A DNA stretch of 55,341 bases, counting the filler, from an uncultured delta proteobacterium (GTDB lineage: Bacteria > Desulfobacterota > Desulfobacteria > Desulfobacterales > SG8-13): the NCBI GenBank assembly GCA_963848135.1. It is 3 parts of 3 records of this genome, joined end to end, with 100 filler letters (N's around TTAATTAATTAA, not from the genome) between each part and the next. Parts side by side here need not be neighbours in the genome. Positions count along the whole stretch, not along the records: positions 1 to 28,506 come from CAWKCK010000006.1; positions 28,607 to 35,576 come from CAWKCK010000007.1; 1 more part is not named here. One strand, written 5' to 3'. This document shows, piece after piece, positions 19,846-29,965 of the stretch. The notes beneath the pieces are model-generated. The model made no database searches and had not been told where the DNA came from. It was given only the letters and a program-made list of their open reading frames with translations. Position numbers and translations under genes: made by a program. Within the stretch, counting starts at the first letter, position 1. Each line of letters begins with the position of its first letter.

Positions 19846-20721
19846 CTACCGGTCAAACAAACGCTTTGCGTTTTCAAAGGCGATCTGCCTGGCTACTTCA
19901 TCGGGGAGTTGGGACAACCAGTTTCGGTCAAACGCGATAATCGCTTCGTAATTATCCCATTGAGCGTTTATCCAGGTATCGCTGCCAATGGTAATCCTAT
20001 CAGGATAGTCCAGAAAAAGCTTTTCCCACTCAGGAGATAGTTTTCCATTGGGCGCTATCTCATATTCACGAATAGAAATATCTACCCAAAGATTTTTGAA
20101 GCGATCGAACATCTTCGATACAACTTCCGGAGGATCGGACATTCCGGCATGGGCCCATAGGATTTTGACGTCAGGCTCGTAGGAAAATATGGTTTCCACA
20201 GCCCGGTGATCTGAATGCACATGAATAAACAAATTACGCTCAACCGCCAATCGCACGGTCTTTTTGATGATCGGTGAATCCGCATCAAGGGGGTTGTGGA
20301 TATGGAACTCGCCAACGCCTTTATAAATCGGCATTTCGAGTCGTTCTAAGATGTAGGGAAAAACTCGGTCCTTTAAGTACCAATTGCTTGAATCGATGTC
20401 ATCATGGTAGGGGCGCAGAAATGGAATTATGCGCTCCGGATCTTCCCTATAGAGCATACGTGTGCCTTCATCCGGGGTGCTGGAAACCAGGGCCTTATCC
20501 ACTCCGGTAATTTTTAATAGATTAATTATAGTGTCCGGTGGATAAACCTCCCATGCAGGTTCTTTATAGTGGACATGTGTGTCAAAAATGGGAAGTCTTT
20601 CCTGACTGACACGGGCAGCATTCGCATGGTCAAACATATGTCTAAAACGAAATACAACTGATAAATCCATCAGTGAGACAGATGTGACCAGAAACAATGT
20701 CAAAATAAATAATTTTTTCAT
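19846..20721 (-). CDS. Amidohydrolase-family (TIM-barrel metal-dependent hydrolase) with N-terminal signal/TM
   Basis: FDTHVH, GVGEFH, HVHSD, WAHAG, GSDT, FENAKRLF. Confidence 0.85.
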   Translation of the reverse strand: MKKLFILTLFLVTSVSLMDLSVVFRFRHMFDHANAARVSQERLPIFDTHVHYKEPAWEVYPPDTIINLLKITGVDKALVSSTPDEGTRMLYREDPERIIPFLRPYHDDIDSSNWYLKDRVFPYILERLEMPIYKGVGEFHIHNPLDADSPIIKKTVRLAVERNLFIHVHSDHRAVETIFSYEPDVKILWAHAGMSDPPEVVSKMFDRFKNLWVDISIREYEIAPNGKLSPEWEKLFLDYPDRITIGSDTWINAQWDNYEAIIAFDRNWLSQLPDEVARQIAFENAKRLFDR

Positions 20722-21198
20722 ATTGTATTTCCTAATTGATAAAGGAGTCAAAATGGGTAAATAATATTTTCTACGCTAACCTGTTGTCTTTGTAATATAA
20801 TTCAAACACACGGCAAGTCTATAAAGGGTGGTTTGTGAAGGCTCAAAACCGCGCTATTAGGATCCCAGTTTTCTGTATGGTTTCCCGACCAAATGATAAG
20901 ATTAAACAGAGGGATACTGATCAACTGTGATATGGCATTATAATGTGATAGCTATGATTCAATGTTGGCCGCTGCAGGTTTTGGCAAGAATGGTGGACAG
21001 TATATTCAATTGAATGTGGATTGGTAGATCAAATGTATAATTAGCTATTATTACCGATTCAGGCAAGCTACCCATTAACATTTTCGAAGGATGGGATTCT
21101 ATCTACCTGATGGCTGATATGCCGAGAATTCGGCCTTTGTGCACAGCCGCTAAAATCGAACCAATCAATTTAACGCGAGTCGAATAGCTGCCAAGAAT

Positions 21199-21654
21199 AT
21201 GATCAATACCGCAGTTTTCAGTATCCCGATCCAGCATAGCGCCAACCAGGGATTAACAGATCTGCTGTTTGAGGCATTAACAGTGGCAATTCCACGTTGG
21301 CCGAAACCCTCGCTTGAGAAGAAGACCCATCTAATGAAAAAATTAACCGACTATATCAATGATCACATCAATGAATCCATCACGCTAGCGGAAATGTGTG
21401 CCGTTGCAAAAATAAGCCCCCGGACCATTCAACGCCTGTTTAAAGCGCACTTCGGATTGAGTCCGAAGGGTTACATTCGTGCCCGTCGGCTAAACGAGGT
21501 GCGCCATGCTATCTATAAAAACAAAGGTACCTACGACGAAAAGATTTCGGATATAGCTAGCCGGTGGGGTTTTTGGCATATGGGCCAATTCGCATCGGAT
21601 TATAGGCGTTTTTTTGGAGAGCTTCCTTTACAAACATTAGGAACATTGAAATAA
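21199..21654 (+). CDS. AraC-family regulator, C-terminal HTH domain only (EutR-like; probably truncated)
   Basis: SPRTIQRLFKAHFGLSPKGY and ISDIASRWGFWHMGQFASDYRRFFGELP. No sensing domain; the upstream DNA contains stops. Confidence 0.75.
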   Translation: MINTAVFSIPIQHSANQGLTDLLFEALTVAIPRWPKPSLEKKTHLMKKLTDYINDHINESITLAEMCAVAKISPRTIQRLFKAHFGLSPKGYIRARRLNEVRHAIYKNKGTYDEKISDIASRWGFWHMGQFASDYRRFFGELPLQTLGTLK

Positions 21655-22029
21655 TAAAGCAGTAACGAGATCTATTTACAGTAGGAATCAATTTGTTGAG
21701 GTTTGAACTTTGGAAAAATAATGCCAGATTCAATTGAGAGTACTTGCTGATAATCCAGCGTGAAAATCTTACATTAACCTTCCAGTATCGTAATTAAACC
21801 ATATTACAGGTGTTCACCATTAAACCAATAAATTACCAATCAAAAATATACAAAACTTTACTTCATGAAAAAGTGTGGGTTTCGTGCCTGCACCGAATCT
21901 TTAGTAGAACGAGAAAATTTTTGGATTGGCAATAGCTGTCTGCCGTTTAGATTTCTTTACGATATGTTGGAGAGCACAAGTTTTCTAAATTTTTAAGGTA
22001 AAATTTTATCAAAAATAGCGAGAGATTGA

Positions 22030-25017
22030 ATGAAAACAACCCAATTATGCTTGCACCAATTATTTCAGTTTCAAGTAGATCGAACTCCGGCTTCAGTTGC
22101 CGTTGTTGATGGTGGCAAGGTTTTAACCTATAAGGAACTCGATCGATTGTCAGATTATTTAGCGGGATTTTTCCAAAAACATGGAGTAACATTTGATAAA
22201 ACTGTCGGAATTTTTATGGAGACATGTGCTGAATATGTCATTTCCTATATCGCCGCTCTAAAGGCGGGAGGAGCTTATATACCTTTAGATATAGCCTATC
22301 CTAATTCCTTGTTGGAAAAAATGCTTGACGAAACAAAACCAAAAGTCATTGTTACCAAAAGTCATTACTCACACAGGCTGCATTCCTCCCTTGTTGCAAA
22401 AATACTAAACATTGATATAGATGAAACCTGGCAACTTTATAAATATGATAAGGGCATAGTCTCTTCAATCTCTTCAAACAATTTAGCCTATATTGTCTAT
22501 TCCTCAGGCACAACAGGAGCGCCTAAAGGAATATTGGCGCCTCATCAAGGATCTGTCCACTCGTATACTCAAAGATATAAGTCAAGTTCATATCAACCTG
22601 GTGACCGAGTGGCGTGCAATATATTTTTTGTTTGGGAAATATTAAGACCACTACTCAAAGGAGCAACCTGTTACATAATTCCAGATGATATCATTTACGA
22701 CCCTAAACCCCTTATCGACTTTTTGGCTGAACACAAAATTACCGAAATTCTATTTACTCCATCATTGCTGTTAACGGTTATCAACTCAGTTGATGCTGAT
22801 ATAATTCGATGTAAATTGTCATCACTGAAAGTAATCTGGCTCAATGGTGAGGTTGTGACTACAAGGCTTAAGAATAGAATTTTAAAAATAGTACCGGATC
22901 ATGTGCGCCTTCTAAATACATACAGTATCAGCGAATGCCATGATGTCGCCGATGTAGATCTGCGTGTAGTTGAGGACTTTCCTTCAGGAATGTGTCCTGT
23001 TGGAAAACCTATAGAAGGAGTAGAGATAAGGTTACTTGATGAACATATGCAACAGGTACCTTCAGATAGCACTGGAGAGCTGTATGTTGGAGGCCAATGC
23101 CTGACCCGAGGATATCTGAACAAGCCGGATCTTACAGCAGACCGATTTGTGTTTATAGACGGAAAAAGGTTTTTTAGAACCGGTGATTTGGCCGATATAC
23201 ATCCAGATGGAATGATAGAAATCAAAGGGCGCTGTGACCACATGGTCAAGATCCGAGGATACAGTATCCAATTAGGAGCCGTAGAGACAGTTTTGCTTGA
23301 ACACGCAAATGTTAAAAACTGTGCGGTCATAGCAGAAGGTAAAGAAGGGGAGCATAAACGACTTGTAGCATATGTTGTAAGGCATGAAACCGCAAATTGG
23401 AAAATTGACGAAAAGACTGGAATTAGTGTGGAAATCCGGAACAGATTAAAGCCCTACATGCCGCATTATATGATCCCCAGCACATATGTTGAAATAGAAA
23501 ATATACCAATTAATCCTATGACAGGAAAACTCTATCGACAGAAGCTACCTTCACCGCCACCTAAATATGAATATGATTTTCAGAATATTAAGCTCAGCGA
23601 GGATGCCTCTCAGGAAGAACAGGAAGCTGTCATGAGAGCATTGTGGGAGCGAATCCTATTTTTAGCTCCAGGGAGTATTAATAATGATTCCAATTTTTTT
23701 GATTTCGGTGGCCACTCATTATTGGCTGTTGAATTAACTATAATTATTGAAAATATTTTTGACATTAAACTTAAAGTTAAAAATATTTACGAATATCCTA
23801 CCGTTACAGAGATAGTTCACCACATTCAAAACGATGCAGATAGTGGTTTGCGGCCCCTTTCAATCAAAGAGGATGCTTATTTAGATCATTCTATTACCCC
23901 CGGTTCGACCAAAACACCGTTGTCTGTACTTGATGCAAAGTCAATTTTTATTACCGGAACTACAGGTTTCTTGGGCGCATTCCTACTTGATGAATTATTA
24001 AGGAAAACAAAAGATCATGTAAAAATATACTGTCTAGTACGTTTAGAAAAGGGAGACCGTAAGGATGCACTAAATCGTATCATCGATAATCTTAAATATT
24101 ATCAAATATACGATCCTAACATGAAAAAACGTATTATTTCTGTTACCGGTGATTTAACAAAAAAATATTTTGGATTGTCGATTGAACATTTCAATGAATT
24201 TGCGAAAAAAATCGATTTTATCTTTCATTGTGCTTCTCTCGTAAATTATGTCTATTCTTATGCTGTAATCAAGCCGACTGCGGTAAACGGTACTCATGAG
24301 ATCCTGCGATTCGCGTGCACCTCCGCAACTAAATCTATTCATTACATCTCAACAAACGGCATATTCCCAGGTGAACACAAAACAGCATATTTAGAAAACA
24401 GTGATATCGATTCATTTGCAGATCAATTAGGAAATGGATATGGCCAGGCAAAGTGGGTTGCTGAAAAATTGATTTGGGAAGCTGTCTCAAGAGGAGTGCC
24501 CGTGTGTTTGTATCGTCCTGGTAATATAGGACATCATAGTGTTACAGGTGCATCAAATCCAAATGATTTTATTTCCATGATTATTGATGCCTGCATGAAG
24601 TTAAAATGTGCTCCTGATGAAGACAAATGGACATTTGAAATGACCCCTGTAGACTTCTTGGTTAAATCTATTGTTCTTTTTGCAAGCAAATCATCACATT
24701 TCGGGCAGGTATTTAATGTGGTGCAAAACAATGCCGTACCAGGCAAGACAGTATTTGATTTGTTGCTTGAGATGAAAATGATATCTAAATATGTATCCAT
24801 TGATGAGTGGAAATCGATGTTATACACAAAGGCAGAAGAAGAAGGCGATTATCTTCTGAATGTTTTGGCCCAATCTCTTGATGACGTCGAAAAGTATTTA
24901 AACGATGAAACTATTTATGATTGCTCTCGCTTCGAAAATGCTTTGGCTAAATATTGCCTCCAGCGACCGCTCACAGATCCATATTATTTCAAAAAATTGA
25001 TTCATGCTAAGCTTTAG
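22030..25017 (+). CDS. Stand-alone NRPS-like reductase (adenylation - thiolation - thioester reductase), similar to fungal glycine betaine reductase ATRR
   Basis: A domain: YSSGTTGAPKG, GELYVGG, RTGD, KIRGY. T domain: FFDFGGHSL. R domain: TGTTGFLG, GYGQAKWVAE. No condensation domain. Substrate-pocket segment ACNIFFVWEILRP. Confidence 0.9.
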   Translation: MKTTQLCLHQLFQFQVDRTPASVAVVDGGKVLTYKELDRLSDYLAGFFQKHGVTFDKTVGIFMETCAEYVISYIAALKAGGAYIPLDIAYPNSLLEKMLDETKPKVIVTKSHYSHRLHSSLVAKILNIDIDETWQLYKYDKGIVSSISSNNLAYIVYSSGTTGAPKGILAPHQGSVHSYTQRYKSSSYQPGDRVACNIFFVWEILRPLLKGATCYIIPDDIIYDPKPLIDFLAEHKITEILFTPSLLLTVINSVDADIIRCKLSSLKVIWLNGEVVTTRLKNRILKIVPDHVRLLNTYSISECHDVADVDLRVVEDFPSGMCPVGKPIEGVEIRLLDEHMQQVPSDSTGELYVGGQCLTRGYLNKPDLTADRFVFIDGKRFFRTGDLADIHPDGMIEIKGRCDHMVKIRGYSIQLGAVETVLLEHANVKNCAVIAEGKEGEHKRLVAYVVRHETANWKIDEKTGISVEIRNRLKPYMPHYMIPSTYVEIENIPINPMTGKLYRQKLPSPPPKYEYDFQNIKLSEDASQEEQEAVMRALWERILFLAPGSINNDSNFFDFGGHSLLAVELTIIIENIFDIKLKVKNIYEYPTVTEIVHHIQNDADSGLRPLSIKEDAYLDHSITPGSTKTPLSVLDAKSIFITGTTGFLGAFLLDELLRKTKDHVKIYCLVRLEKGDRKDALNRIIDNLKYYQIYDPNMKKRIISVTGDLTKKYFGLSIEHFNEFAKKIDFIFHCASLVNYVYSYAVIKPTAVNGTHEILRFACTSATKSIHYISTNGIFPGEHKTAYLENSDIDSFADQLGNGYGQAKWVAEKLIWEAVSRGVPVCLYRPGNIGHHSVTGASNPNDFISMIIDACMKLKCAPDEDKWTFEMTPVDFLVKSIVLFASKSSHFGQVFNVVQNNAVPGKTVFDLLLEMKMISKYVSIDEWKSMLYTKAEEEGDYLLNVLAQSLDDVEKYLNDETIYDCSRFENALAKYCLQRPLTDPYYFKKLIHAKL

Positions 25018-25609
25018 CGCGAAACTTTCAATTGATAATAGTGTTGATATTGTAAAAGCAGATACCAACGATATTGCTAATTATTTTTTAGAGCAATTCG
25101 ATGTTCTGATTAATATCATAAACATTATCTCACCCCCAAAAATATATCATGCCATGCCCTGCCTTGCTGTGCACGGCGACTATCATCCAGGGTATCTTAA
25201 GTATAAGGACGGTAAAGTAACGGGTGGGTTTGATTTTGGTTGGTCAGAAATTAATGCCAGGTGTTTTGATGTAGGCCATGCAATAATGCACTTTTGCACC
25301 AATTGGGGGATTATCAACGATTGAATTCTGCAGCTTGATCGAGTGGAACAATTTTTGGGTGCATATCAAGAACAAACCAAACATAAACAAACGATTGGGC
25401 CCTTAAATACACTTGAGCTGGAATATCTTCCACATATGATCTATATGGGAAATCTGATGGTCATTGACTGGATATTAAGTGAATTTTACGGAAACGGTCA
25501 ATATCCTCAACAATATTTGAAATATTTACGACATAGCATGTCGTTAAATCGATGGTTGGAATGCAATTGGGAAGAACTTGCAAACTGTATTCAGCGACAT
25601 AGCACCTAA
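25004..25609 (+). pseudogene. Degenerate APH/choline-kinase-fold phosphotransferase
   Basis: HGDYHPGY (Brenner motif with Asn replaced by Tyr), FDFGW, in-frame TGA at 25322-25324, N-lobe missing. Paralogous to 27441-28506. Confidence 0.75.
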
Positions 25610-25782
25610 TACAATCAAACCAAAATCCAATTCAGAAAAGCTCATCACTTTAAACTTATCAAAATATTTATTTCGAATCTCATGATCTTTTACGGCTTGG
25701 AAGAAGTATAAATTGAATCATATTATTTTTACAATTAATTATAGCAACATTGTGTCAACAATTGAATATGGGGACAGGGTCT

Positions 25783-27099
25783 ATGGATAGTTATCTAAAA
25801 ATGATGAAAAATATTAATAAGTTATACCGTAAATACGAAGAGCAGATGGTCAAGATTACGCCGGATGCATCGGATTTTTCAACATTTATCGAAAATTTGA
25901 ATGAGCCACAATTTCACGGGATGATGGCTGGAATCCCGGCACTGTTCGGCGCAATAGATGATTCTCTTTTTAAGCATACATTTTCAATAGAGAATCTAAA
26001 AAAACTTACAGAGAGTGACAACCGATGGGATAAAGTGCTTAAAACCACTAGAAATATGCCCCTCTCGATGGACTTGACTGATTCTGAACAGGAAAGGCAG
26101 GCTTTTGACATTTCAGAGCTTTTGTTGGACCTTTATCCATCGGAGGAGGAGTTGAGGAGAGTTAACTCTCGCATTGTCATCGAGCATCGGAAGTATCCCG
26201 TCATTCTTCACCTCGCTACAAAACTTGCTCTATCAAAAAAATCTTTAGAATCTATTTCATCCCCAATTTTTAATAGTTTTATTGTTGCGATGTATAATGA
26301 GCACAACCGCATTCGCACTATTATGGAGCATCCTTCCGGAGAGGATTTTTTGAGGCGAAAAGTATCACAGTTAAATTGGCTATTCGAAGGCGAAATTGAC
26401 AAAAAATGGGAACTCATTTTTGTTGATGACGGCTGTCCTGAAAAAAGCGGTGAAATTGCGGCAGAAATCATCCAACAAGAGAAATATAACAATGTAAGGG
26501 TGCTGTTCCTGGTTGACGGAATTGAAGAAGGAACTCCGGTTACTAAAAAAATGCAATCTACAGCCGATAGTCAAAAGGGAGGTGCTATTCAATTTGGGAT
26601 GTGGTCGGCAATTCAAGAACATCACGGCAATGACCGTCACATTGTTTTTTTTACCGATTCTGACTTGTCAACAAACATTGCTCAGGCCGGTTTATTGTTG
26701 CGCCAGCTTGAAGACCGAAATAGGATGTGTGCCATTGGTACTCGTTATTCTGCCGGTGGCGTATACTGTACCTCAAAAGGCGCAATGGGTGTGACCGACC
26801 ACGATCGCTTGATGCTGGTGTTTCGTCATTTTATTCGATCGAAGCTTTTACCGCAAATCGGAGAAATCATAGACACCCAATGCGGCTTCAAGGCATTTAA
26901 AACCGAAATTTTGAAAAATGTGTTGGTTAAGATGACTGACAAGCGTTTTTCCTTTGACATGGAGCTTCTGTTACTGACAGCTCTACAATGCGGAACCAGA
27001 GACGATTTTATAGGTGAAGCTCCCATTGTTTGGATAGAAAGCAATGAAGAATCAAATTTCTACACGGCACAGTTAGAAGCCCGTGTTCGACAGCCATAG
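25783..27099 (+). CDS. GT2 glycosyltransferase (polyprenol-phosphate glycosyltransferase/ALG5-DPM-like) with long N-terminal extension
   Basis: VAMYNE, FVDDG, KGGAI, FTDSD (DxD), DTQCGFKAF, FSFDMELL. Confidence 0.85.
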   Translation: MDSYLKMMKNINKLYRKYEEQMVKITPDASDFSTFIENLNEPQFHGMMAGIPALFGAIDDSLFKHTFSIENLKKLTESDNRWDKVLKTTRNMPLSMDLTDSEQERQAFDISELLLDLYPSEEELRRVNSRIVIEHRKYPVILHLATKLALSKKSLESISSPIFNSFIVAMYNEHNRIRTIMEHPSGEDFLRRKVSQLNWLFEGEIDKKWELIFVDDGCPEKSGEIAAEIIQQEKYNNVRVLFLVDGIEEGTPVTKKMQSTADSQKGGAIQFGMWSAIQEHHGNDRHIVFFTDSDLSTNIAQAGLLLRQLEDRNRMCAIGTRYSAGGVYCTSKGAMGVTDHDRLMLVFRHFIRSKLLPQIGEIIDTQCGFKAFKTEILKNVLVKMTDKRFSFDMELLLLTALQCGTRDDFIGEAPIVWIESNEESNFYTAQLEARVRQP

Positions 27100-27440
27100 G
27101 CACTACACTGAATCTCGCTCAGTCGGCATGTGATCGAAATATATGCATATCCTCATTTTTATGTAACTATGACTGTCGAACCCAGGCCCAGGCTTCAGGA
27201 GGAAAGATTTCCCCGAAAGCTTTAGCCTGGTTGCGTGCATTGATTTTTTCATATGGATAGGCGGCATTTTGGGCCTTTATTTTCCGTGGTTTTTTAATTC
27301 TCAAGATGCAATATTGGAGGCAGACCTTTGCCTAAAAAACCGCCGAAGAATTGGTTTTTTTTAATATCAACTAAATATGATATAAGGTGGCAACCGCAAC
27401 GGATATCGTAGCCGTTGCGGTAGGCCATAAACGATATGCC

Positions 27441-28506
27441 ATGAAAGACGTTGAAGTAAAAGAGAGCAAATATGGGACTGTTGTCAGACCTAAAAGAATG
27501 AGCGTCTTACACAAACAATTCGTCTTTTATTGGAAGAAAATTACGATCTTGGGAAGCTGACACGGATCAAGGAGGTTTTAGGGGGTATTGCAATAAAAGT
27601 TATGCGGTATGGATGTCGACCCACGATCGCACTCATCGGTATTTTCTGCGTTTGTATAATCCCAAAGTCATCGAAAATGAAATCTTGTTTGAACACGCCC
27701 TCCTGAATCATTTGAGATCAAATGGGTTCACCCTTGCGGCAGCCATTTTTCCATGCCGGAACCGTGAAACGTTCGTATACACCCCGCCTCCTGAAAATCA
27801 CCAGGGAACAAGAGCGCTATGGGGGTTATTTGAGTCTCTTGAAGGGGAAGATAAATATTCCTGGAACTACACCGATCTGACAGATAAAGAATTCATCAGC
27901 GCCGCTGAAATCCTCGCCCATCTTCACCACTACGGGCATGGATTCAAAAAACCGCCCGGAGCAGATCGCGCCCAACCCCGGATAATGGAATTTATGACCA
28001 CATTCACAAAAACCTTTGCCGCGTTTTTGGAAACAAGCTGATGATCGTCGGTGTGACCGGTTATTCAAAGATAATTTTGAAACGATCTGTAGAGCCCTTG
28101 ATTATGCGGCTTCCTTTGATGTCAAATTTCAGGGGATGTCGGAAATACCGATTCATTGTGATTATCATCCCGGCAACTTAAAATTTCGCGATGAAAAAGG
28201 CATCGGCATTTTCGATTTTGATTGGTCTAAAATAGATTATCGGCTATTTGATGTCGCCCTGGGTCTCGTTTATTTTACCAGCATCTGGAACGACCAAGCA
28301 ACGGGACTTCGACCGGATAAATTTTTACTTTTTCTGAGCACTTACAATGAAGCCTGCCATCGGTTAGCCCGCATCAGCTCACTGACGGAGCAGGAACAGA
28401 GATATCTGGTTCCCATGCTTTCAATTGCCAACCTATATGTGCTCAATTGGGATTTGGCCGAATTTTATAGCACACCGGAGCCGGATGATGACAAGTATTA
28501 TATATT
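27441..28506 (+). CDS. APH/choline-kinase/type II homoserine kinase-fold phosphotransferase (three homopolymer frameshifts; truncated by the gap)
   Basis: Correcting the A4 (~27492), G5 (27581-27585) and A3 (~28031) runs gives one frame: ...YDLGKL..IKEVLGGYCNKSY...YFLRLY...FEHALLNHL...LAHLH...HCDYHPGN...FDFDW...FDVA. Confidence 0.8.
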
Positions 28507-28606
28507 NNNNNNNNNNNNNNNNNNNNNNNNNNNNNNNNNNNNNNNNNNNNTTAATTAATTAANNNNNNNNNNNNNNNNNNNNNNNNNNNNNNNNNNNNNN
28601 NNNNNN
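28507..28606. other. Assembly gap with artificial six-frame-stop linker
   Basis: N44-TTAATTAATTAA-N44. Confidence 0.97.
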
Positions 28607-28649
28607 ATAGCGTAACCAAAATAAAAAACACTGACAAGAGAACCGGGGC

Positions 28650-29123
28650 ATGAAATCGACACCTGTTGGACATATTTTTGCTGAACAGAAAGTGATTAAA
28701 CCAATCTATCTTTTTCTTCTTTTCCTCATGGGACTTACGGGCTTTGCCCAGATGCCGATTTTCAAAAGATACTATATTGCCGATGTGCCCGGATTGGGGT
28801 GGCTGGCTCAATTTTACGTCACCCATGCCCTGCACTACATCGGAGCGATTTTACTTCTGCTTCTCATCGCATACAGTGCCGTTTTCTATTTCGGGATACT
28901 TCGCAAGAGGTTTGGCCTAACGATTGCCGCGTATGTCAATATCGCCCTTTTGGGAGCCATCGTTTGCACGGGAATATTCCGCGTCCTTAAAAACTTTCCG
29001 GATGTGGTTTTTTCACCGGGTTTTATCGTATTCATCGATATTTCTCATCTCGGGTTCATGTTGGCGTTGTCGTTATTCGGCATCATAACCATGGTCACCA
29101 AAAGCAAATGGTTGAAACAATGA
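28650..29123 (+). CDS. Four-TM cytochrome b-like membrane protein (redox-complex membrane subunit type)
   Basis: Four hydrophobic helices, TGFAQMPIFKRYYIADVPGLGWLA, His residues in helices (HALHY, SHLG). Confidence 0.6.
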   Translation: MKSTPVGHIFAEQKVIKPIYLFLLFLMGLTGFAQMPIFKRYYIADVPGLGWLAQFYVTHALHYIGAILLLLLIAYSAVFYFGILRKRFGLTIAAYVNIALLGAIVCTGIFRVLKNFPDVVFSPGFIVFIDISHLGFMLALSLFGIITMVTKSKWLKQ

Positions 29124-29965
29124 AAATGCGTAAAATTACCTCTTTAACGGCTTCGCTGGCCTTTATCCTGATGGTGCTGACCAGCATCGTACTTTACATT
29201 GTTCCCCAAGGTCGGGTGGCCTACTGGGCCGACTGGCGACTGTGGGGGTTGACCAAGACGGATTGGGGAAACATTCACATCAACCTGGGCCTGCTGTTTC
29301 TTATCGCCCTGTCTCTTCACATTTACTACAACTGGAAACCGCTGATGTCCTACCTGAAAAGCAAGGCCAGGCGGATGAAAATGCTGACACCCGAATTCAA
29401 CGCTGCCCTGGTTATTACCGTGGTGTTCATTGTCGGCACCTATTTTCTCTTGCCGCCCTTCAGCTGGGTCATGGGCCTGAACGACCACTTCAAGGATGCC
29501 GGGGCCGAAAAATATGGTGAACCGCCCTACGGCCATGCTGAATTGTCTTCGCTGAAAACGTTCAGTAAAAAGATGCGCCTCGATCTTGAAAAAAGTCTGA
29601 ATTTGTTATCGCAAGCGGGGTACCCCGTTGAGGGTGGAGAGATGACCCTGGAGAAAATCGGCCGGAAATACGGCATTCCGCCCCAGAAGATTTTCGAGAC
29701 CATCAAACCGGCCGAAATCGCATCGGTGCAAGCCGATGCAAAGACAAGCAACCTGCCCGATTCTCCGCCACCGGGTACGGGTAATTTTTCCCTGGCCGAC
29801 TTCTGCGCCCGGTTCAACCTGAACCTGAAACTCGTGGTCCGGGAATTGAAAAATCTGGGAATTTCCGCAACGGCAGAAGCGACCCTCAAAGACATCGCGG
29901 CCAAGAACGACACCAGTCCGATAGACATTTATGAGAAGATCAAGAAGATCGTCAATAGAACCTGA
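29120..29965 (+). CDS. DUF4405-domain membrane protein
   Basis: LTSIVLYIVPQGRVAYW...WGNIHINLG...HIYYNW, then a soluble repeat-containing C-terminus (PPYGHAE). Start overlaps the upstream stop. Confidence 0.75.
   Translation: MKMRKITSLTASLAFILMVLTSIVLYIVPQGRVAYWADWRLWGLTKTDWGNIHINLGLLFLIALSLHIYYNWKPLMSYLKSKARRMKMLTPEFNAALVITVVFIVGTYFLLPPFSWVMGLNDHFKDAGAEKYGEPPYGHAELSSLKTFSKKMRLDLEKSLNLLSQAGYPVEGGEMTLEKIGRKYGIPPQKIFETIKPAEIASVQADAKTSNLPDSPPPGTGNFSLADFCARFNLNLKLVVRELKNLGISATAEATLKDIAAKNDTSPIDIYEKIKKIVNRT

Noticed and set aside
22030..25017. Lys2 aminoadipate reductase or conventional peptide NRPS assignment
   Set aside because: No condensation or Lys2 N-terminal domain, and the amino-binding Asp of motif A4 is absent.
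25322..25324. In-frame TGA as possible selenocysteine or readthrough
   Set aside because: No evident SECIS hairpin follows, the position is not a catalytic Cys site, and the gene has other signs of decay.
28551..28562. TTAATTAATTAA palindrome, repeated at 35621-35632
   Set aside because: Artificial six-frame stop linker between N runs. Adjacency of genes across these gaps is therefore not evidence of linkage.
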